Positions 32,518 to 36,618 of a DNA stretch of 36,618 nucleotides are shown here, piece after piece. The DNA lies in assembly GCA_964555905.1 (NCBI GenBank), contig CAZKUI010000003.1:1-36618 (forward strand), read 5' to 3'. Below the pieces are notes generated by a model. It saw nothing but the letters and a program-made list of their open reading frames with translations, did no database searches and was not told where the DNA came from. Source of the DNA: an uncultured Candidatus Bathyarchaeia archaeon (GTDB lineage: Archaea > Thermoproteota > Bathyarchaeia > EX4484-135 > B24-G1). The position numbers were made by a program, and so were the translations under genes. Numbering within the stretch: position 1 is the first letter of the stretch; every line of letters begins with the position of its first letter.

Positions 32518-34095
32518 CTAAGCACCCTCCCCCCTCGGCCACGAGAGGCTCCTCGGTATTGAGTATTCTCCGAACGCCTCCCGGATTTCGCTGGGCCAGT
32601 CGTCGGGGTTGAAGCCGTGCTCGGCTAGGAAGGCGGCCACCCACCTAGAGAGCCCCAGCCCTGTGCATCCGGTCCATATCTCCCTGTTCTTCACCTCCCG
32701 GATTTTGAAGGCGTCTACGAACTTCCTCTTGTGCACGAAGCAGCCTGCAACCTCCAACCACTCAGCCTCCTCCCTCGGGCCTCTATACGGGAGGTAAATC
32801 TCTACGTCGTAGGCTGGGACGTTCCAGCTGTCGTGCACATCAACCGCGATCTCGCCCTCCCTCATGTAGAATGGTATGGCGGCGACCACCCTCCACTCTA
32901 GGTCGAGGATTTCATCCGCCACCTCAACGCACCTGTCCACTATGCTGTCCCTAATCTCGACCACCTGCTCTGGGGTCCCCACGTACGTGAGTTCTATGCG
33001 TTGGAACTCCTGAACCCTCACCAGCCCCTCCACGCCCCCACCCTCCCACCTGTAGGTCCAGCCGGAGCAGTCATAGTACTTGAAGGGCATGTCCTCAACC
33101 CTGAACGTCTCCCCGCCGTAGAAGTACCAGAATGGCTCGCACTGGGCTGGAGCGAGCACGTACGCTGGGTCTTTAATTATCCCCTTCAGCACCTCCCTCG
33201 GGGCCTTCCTCCGAACCTTAAAGAGCTTCTTGAATTCGTCGAACGCCTCAGGCTCCCTCGGAGGTGGACACACGTAGTACATGCCCTCGGGTATGTCGTC
33301 TAGGTAGCCCGGCATGCGCTCCATCACCTCTAGGGGTATGAGCTTTGGGAGTAGGAAGGGCTGGAAGCCCAGCTTATGCACCACCTCCCTGAGGAGCACG
33401 CTCTTAATCGCCTCGAAGAGCTTCGCGTAGGGTGTGGTATATATCCACTGCCCCCGACCCGGAAACTCCTTAACCCACCCAAGTTCAACCGCGACCTCCG
33501 CGGGGTCCCTGCTAAACTTCACCGGCTTGGGCTTTCCAACCCTCACTATTGGTAGCGCCTTTGTCGGTGGGGGTGGGGGCTTCACCGCCCTCTCAACGGT
33601 GGACTGCGCGAGGTCTACCACGCGGTCCGGTATGGCCTGCTTCAGCTCCTGATAGGTGAGGGAGGATAAGGCGACGGTGACACGGTCTCCGTCCACCCTA
33701 GCGTCATCCACTCCGGGAATCTTCCTTAGTTCATCCACCACGCTGGCTGGTATGGGCGCACCAGCCCTCCACGAGACGGTGAAGTCCCCAACTTTGATGT
33801 CCCTTATTCCGATTCTGAATTTCTTCCCGAGGATGGGGACGAGCGCCTTCCTAATCCTCAGTATGGCGGCTGGCGCCCTCACGTACGGCCCGGACTCGAT
33901 GGTCATCCTGAGCGTGGAGCCGGAGAGCTCCCAGCTTGTTATCTTGGAGGCTTCGTCTCTTCCCTTCGCTGGTGCACCCTTCACTAAGAGTTCTTGATTT
34001 GCCTGCTCCACAAATTCCTCTAGGTCTCGTTTCGCCTCTTCAGCGTCTCCGCTCAGTATGAAGGTGCAGGTCAGCTTCATCCTCAACTCTCGCAT
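32518..34095 (-). CDS. serS: Seryl-tRNA synthetase, atypical methanogen-type (type 2)
   Basis: About 520 aa. From my memory of the Methanosarcina barkeri enzyme it is colinear with that protein: MKLTCTFIL..., GAPAKG, SGPYVRAPAAILRIRKAL, GRGQWIYTTPYAKLF, YYVCPP, APAQCEPFWYFY, YRWEGGGVEGLVRVQEFQRIE, EIWTGCTGLGLSRWVAAFLAEHGFNPDDWP. The probable start is the second ATG at 34080. Confidence 0.85.
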   Translation of the reverse strand: MRELRMKLTCTFILSGDAEEAKRDLEEFVEQANQELLVKGAPAKGRDEASKITSWELSGSTLRMTIESGPYVRAPAAILRIRKALVPILGKKFRIGIRDIKVGDFTVSWRAGAPIPASVVDELRKIPGVDDARVDGDRVTVALSSLTYQELKQAIPDRVVDLAQSTVERAVKPPPPPTKALPIVRVGKPKPVKFSRDPAEVAVELGWVKEFPGRGQWIYTTPYAKLFEAIKSVLLREVVHKLGFQPFLLPKLIPLEVMERMPGYLDDIPEGMYYVCPPPREPEAFDEFKKLFKVRRKAPREVLKGIIKDPAYVLAPAQCEPFWYFYGGETFRVEDMPFKYYDCSGWTYRWEGGGVEGLVRVQEFQRIELTYVGTPEQVVEIRDSIVDRCVEVADEILDLEWRVVAAIPFYMREGEIAVDVHDSWNVPAYDVEIYLPYRGPREEAEWLEVAGCFVHKRKFVDAFKIREVKNREIWTGCTGLGLSRWVAAFLAEHGFNPDDWPSEIREAFGEYSIPRSLSWPRGEGA

Positions 34096-34200
34096 TACGC
34101 GTCTTCACCCCTAACTTGAATCACATGGATGCACCGCATCAGGGTTTATAACTCTTTACTGAACGCGAATTTAAGCGTGGGAGATTCCGGCTGGAACCGT

Positions 34201-34449
34201 CTACGCTGCTTCGGTCGCGGATATCGCCCTCTCAGCGGCTTGTATGCACGCCAGTAGGTCATCCAACGTCGCGATTAAGCTCTCCATGCTCCGTTTGCAG
34301 TATATCTCCACGACAACGTTGGAATCCTCCACCCTAGTTTCAATAACTAGCCCCGGTGGGGTTTTAAGGTTGTCCGGCGTCACGGCCTTGGCTATGGCCT
34401 CCGCCACTCTTTCCGGGTAGCCTAGCCTAAGCTTCGCCTCTATCGCCAA
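34201..34449 (-). CDS. pcc1: Pcc1-like KEOPS subunit
   Basis: 82 aa with the Pcc1 pattern: beta-strand N-terminus (AKLRLGYPERVAEAIAKAVTPD), VVVEIYCKRSMESLIATLDDLLACIQAAERAI. The TTG start overlaps the recJ-like 3' end by 23 nt. Confidence 0.7.
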   Translation of the reverse strand: MAIEAKLRLGYPERVAEAIAKAVTPDNLKTPPGLVIETRVEDSNVVVEIYCKRSMESLIATLDDLLACIQAAERAISATEAA

Positions 34450-35860
34450 TTGCTTCCCCCACCAGCTTATTCACCAGGGATATGAAATCCTTCACGCGTT
34501 CCCTCGGAACTTGCGCCCCAGCGGCGACATCGTGTCCCCCACCGATGCCGGAGCACCTCTCCGCGGCTACCCTAGCGACCTCCCCGAGGTTCACGGTTGG
34601 GGCTCCGGGTCCCAGCCTCATGGAGAACTTGGCGGCGTCCCCCTCTATGAAGGCGTATGCCACCACTGGTTTCCTAGAGCCGGGTAGGCTGGATGCGACT
34701 AGGGACGTGACGGTTCCCACGAGTCTCTCGCTTATGCGCCCTCCGCCGTGAATTACGTAGACGCTCTCCAGCTCCTCCAGACGCCCCGGCTCCCCGTAGA
34801 CCCAGCTCATGGCGTCCATGAGGGTCCTCCTATACTCATCCAGCGTCTCACGCGCCTCCTTCAGGGTGTTTGAGCGGTCTCCCATGCAGATGGAGACCCC
34901 CAAGCCGGCTCTGTCCATGCGTCCGCAAGCGTTGAGGAGGGACGCGAACTCCCTCCCATCCCGGAGCGGGGTCCACGGCTCCTCCCTCACGAGGACGTAG
35001 ACGGCTCCAACGAGCTTAAACGCCTCGTCCACGTTCAGCCCCTGAGAGAGCATGTGCTCCGTGAGGAGCGAGAACACTCTCTCCCTCTCCTCCTTCGTGA
35101 GTTCGCTGGCCGTTCTCCACCGCTCCCCATCCTTCAACTTCACCCCAGCCTTAACGAGGAGCGCCAAACAGCGGTCCTCCTCGCCCGTAATCCCCGGAAT
35201 GTAGGGGTTTGTGGTGTGGGCTAGCGCCTTATGCACGGGCCTCGTCTCCCGCCCGTAGAGGAGGAGGTCCTTCTCCACGCGTAGGTATCCGGCATCCACC
35301 GCGTCCCTTACCACCAGCTCGTTGACGCCCCCTAGGCTCCTATCTCCGTATTTGTCTTGGAGGTCTCCGAGTGCGCCCACGACCGCTAAGTAGGCTAAAT
35401 CCCTATTCCTCCCGTCTACCTCCCTTGCTAGGAGGTATGCAACCCCAGCCCCGCTGATATCTCGGGCTCCGTCTATGCCGTGGAGGTGGGGGTTCACTTG
35501 GAAGACGTTTGGGGTTGGGCTTCCAACTGGCGGGTGGTGGTCTACGACGATGATGGGAACCTCCCTAAGCCGCTCACCAATCAGGTTCAGGTATCCACTC
35601 CCCATATCAGCGAATATTATGGGGCTCGGGGCCTCGCTGGCCAGCTCGGATATGACATTCTCGTCCAGCCACCTCTCTATACGTATCCTGAAGGAGGCTG
35701 ATAGGCGGTGGAGGCATCTGCCCACAACCCCAGCGGCGGCCAGCCCGTCAGCGTCTAGGTGGGACACAACCCGTACGTATTTGTCTTCGTCCACCCAACC
35801 CCGGAGAATCTCGGCTGCCTCACCAGCCGCGTCTAAAAGCTGAGGTAACCCCCCGTCCAT
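34427..35860 (-). CDS. DHH-family RecJ/GAN (Cdc45-like) nuclease
   Basis: DHH motifs appear intact: HLDADGLAAAGV (I), IIFADMGSG (II), VVDHHPP (III), GALGDLQD (IV), and the DHHA1 motif GIGGGHDVAAGA. 477 aa. Confidence 0.8.
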   Translation of the reverse strand: MDGGLPQLLDAAGEAAEILRGWVDEDKYVRVVSHLDADGLAAAGVVGRCLHRLSASFRIRIERWLDENVISELASEAPSPIIFADMGSGYLNLIGERLREVPIIVVDHHPPVGSPTPNVFQVNPHLHGIDGARDISGAGVAYLLAREVDGRNRDLAYLAVVGALGDLQDKYGDRSLGGVNELVVRDAVDAGYLRVEKDLLLYGRETRPVHKALAHTTNPYIPGITGEEDRCLALLVKAGVKLKDGERWRTASELTKEERERVFSLLTEHMLSQGLNVDEAFKLVGAVYVLVREEPWTPLRDGREFASLLNACGRMDRAGLGVSICMGDRSNTLKEARETLDEYRRTLMDAMSWVYGEPGRLEELESVYVIHGGGRISERLVGTVTSLVASSLPGSRKPVVAYAFIEGDAAKFSMRLGPGAPTVNLGEVARVAAERCSGIGGGHDVAAGAQVPRERVKDFISLVNKLVGEAIGDRGEA

Positions 35861-35876
35861 CGCCCCGCTGCATCCC

Positions 35877-36305
35877 CTAAATCTGAAGCTTCACTTTATC
35901 AGTTAATATCCCCTTACGCCTGTAGTACTTCTCCAGCCTGTGGATGCGGGACTCTATGAGCTGCAGGGCGCGCTTATTATGGTAGTCCTTCCTGTGCTTC
36001 TCCAGGTGCGCCCTCAGCCTAGCCGCCTTCCTCAAGAGGTTCTCCAAGTCTTCAGGTATCGGCTTAGCTAGGCCCCTCTCCCTAAGAATCTGCGTTATGG
36101 ACTTACCCGTGATATACTTAACGAGGGGCACCCCGTACTGGTCCCTGAGTATTATCCCGATCATGCTCGGTGGGTGACCCTCCTCCGCCAGCTTCACGAC
36201 GAGGGCCTCCACCTCCTCCGGCGTGTAACTGCACCAAGGTGGGGGCCTCTTGCTGACCGGCCTCGTGGAGTGGGACTTCCCCTTCTTCCTCCCCTTCTTC
36301 GTCAA
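35877..36305 (-). CDS. rps15: Ribosomal protein S15 (uS15)
   Basis: [10 protein letters not shown]...[34 protein letters not shown]...[35 protein letters not shown] start. Confidence 0.9.
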   Translation of the reverse strand: MTKKGRKKGKSHSTRPVSKRPPPWCSYTPEEVEALVVKLAEEGHPPSMIGIILRDQYGVPLVKYITGKSITQILRERGLAKPIPEDLENLLRKAARLRAHLEKHRKDYHNKRALQLIESRIHRLEKYYRRKGILTDKVKLQI

Positions 36306-36344
36306 AGCTTACTTCACGCCCTTAATGGGTGGTGGAGGGCGGGC

Positions 36345-36618
36345 TTAAAAGCTTTGTTGGTCCCCCAGCCTACCAAGATACCACTTTATGAAGCTTTTCA
36401 CGGCTCTGGCCCTATGGGAGTAGGCGTTCTTCTCCTCCGTGGACATCTCGGCGAAGGTTCTCCCATCCCCCTCATCCGGTATGAATATTGGGTCGAAGCC
36501 GAACCCCCGGGTTCCCCTCTCCTCCGTGGATATGCGCCCCCTCACCACCCCGACGAAGCATAGGGGTTCACCGCTTCCTCCATCTGAGTATGCGATGGCT
36601 GAGCGGAACTGGGCGCTC
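36345..36618 (-). CDS. Non-canonical purine NTP pyrophosphatase (Ham1/RdgB/ITPase), C-terminal part; the gene continues past the right edge
   Basis: [43 protein letters not shown] is the Ham1 C-terminal signature. The frame stays open from 36548 to 36618 ([25 protein letters not shown]...). Confidence 0.8.
   Translation of the reverse strand, partial: SAQFRSAIAYSDGGSGEPLCFVGVVRGRISTEERGTRGFGFDPIFIPDEGDGRTFAEMSTEEKNAYSHRARAVKSFIKWYLGRLGDQQSF

Noticed and set aside
1-36618. CRISPR arrays, IS elements, integrases, toxin-antitoxin pairs, rRNA/tRNA genes
   Set aside because: No regularly spaced direct repeats, no transposase/integrase-like ORFs, no terminal inverted repeats, and no spacer longer than about 230 bp that could hold a structured RNA gene. 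None could be supported from the sequence.

Overview
Dense, GC-rich (roughly high-50s % by eye) chromosomal segment from a hyperthermophile-type archaeon. The style looks Thermoproteota/TACK-like: AGG/AGA Arg and ATA Ile codons, many GTG/TTG starts, A/T-rich TATA boxes about 25-40 nt upstream of starts, and frequent 1-4 nt stop/start overlaps. I can support about 40 protein genes. I found no rRNA, tRNA, CRISPR array, IS element or integrase. Most of the content is housekeeping: PEP synthase, Lhr helicase, a TtuA/Ncs6-type tRNA thiolase, ADP-forming acetyl-CoA synthetase alpha, MobB, an aminotransferase, ComA, ScpA/ScpB-like proteins, a Na+-decarboxylase gamma/BCCP/beta operon with BioY, S27ae, Kae1, S3Ae, SerRS, Pcc1, a RecJ/GAN-like nuclease, S15 and Ham1. 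The best candidate for an undescribed system is a minus-strand trio at 17360-21188. It consists of an unusual HhH-GPD-like protein with a double Cys cluster, followed by a translationally coupled HerA-NurA pair with no Mre11/Rad50 partners in the window. Other points worth a second look: a DUF123(GIY-YIG-like)-GNAT fusion; an Lrp/AsnC regulator with a Cys5 tail next to a TauE / Fe-S-domain / DsrE-like / NikR cluster, with a palindromic operator candidate; a methanogen-type (type 2) SerRS and a ComA homolog in a crenarchaeal-looking context; a THUMP-SPOUT fusion; and a strong window-wide excess of the word GTCTAC(G)/(C)GTAGAC in all frames and in intergenic DNA. All functional calls come from motif recognition by eye and memory. 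No database search was run.
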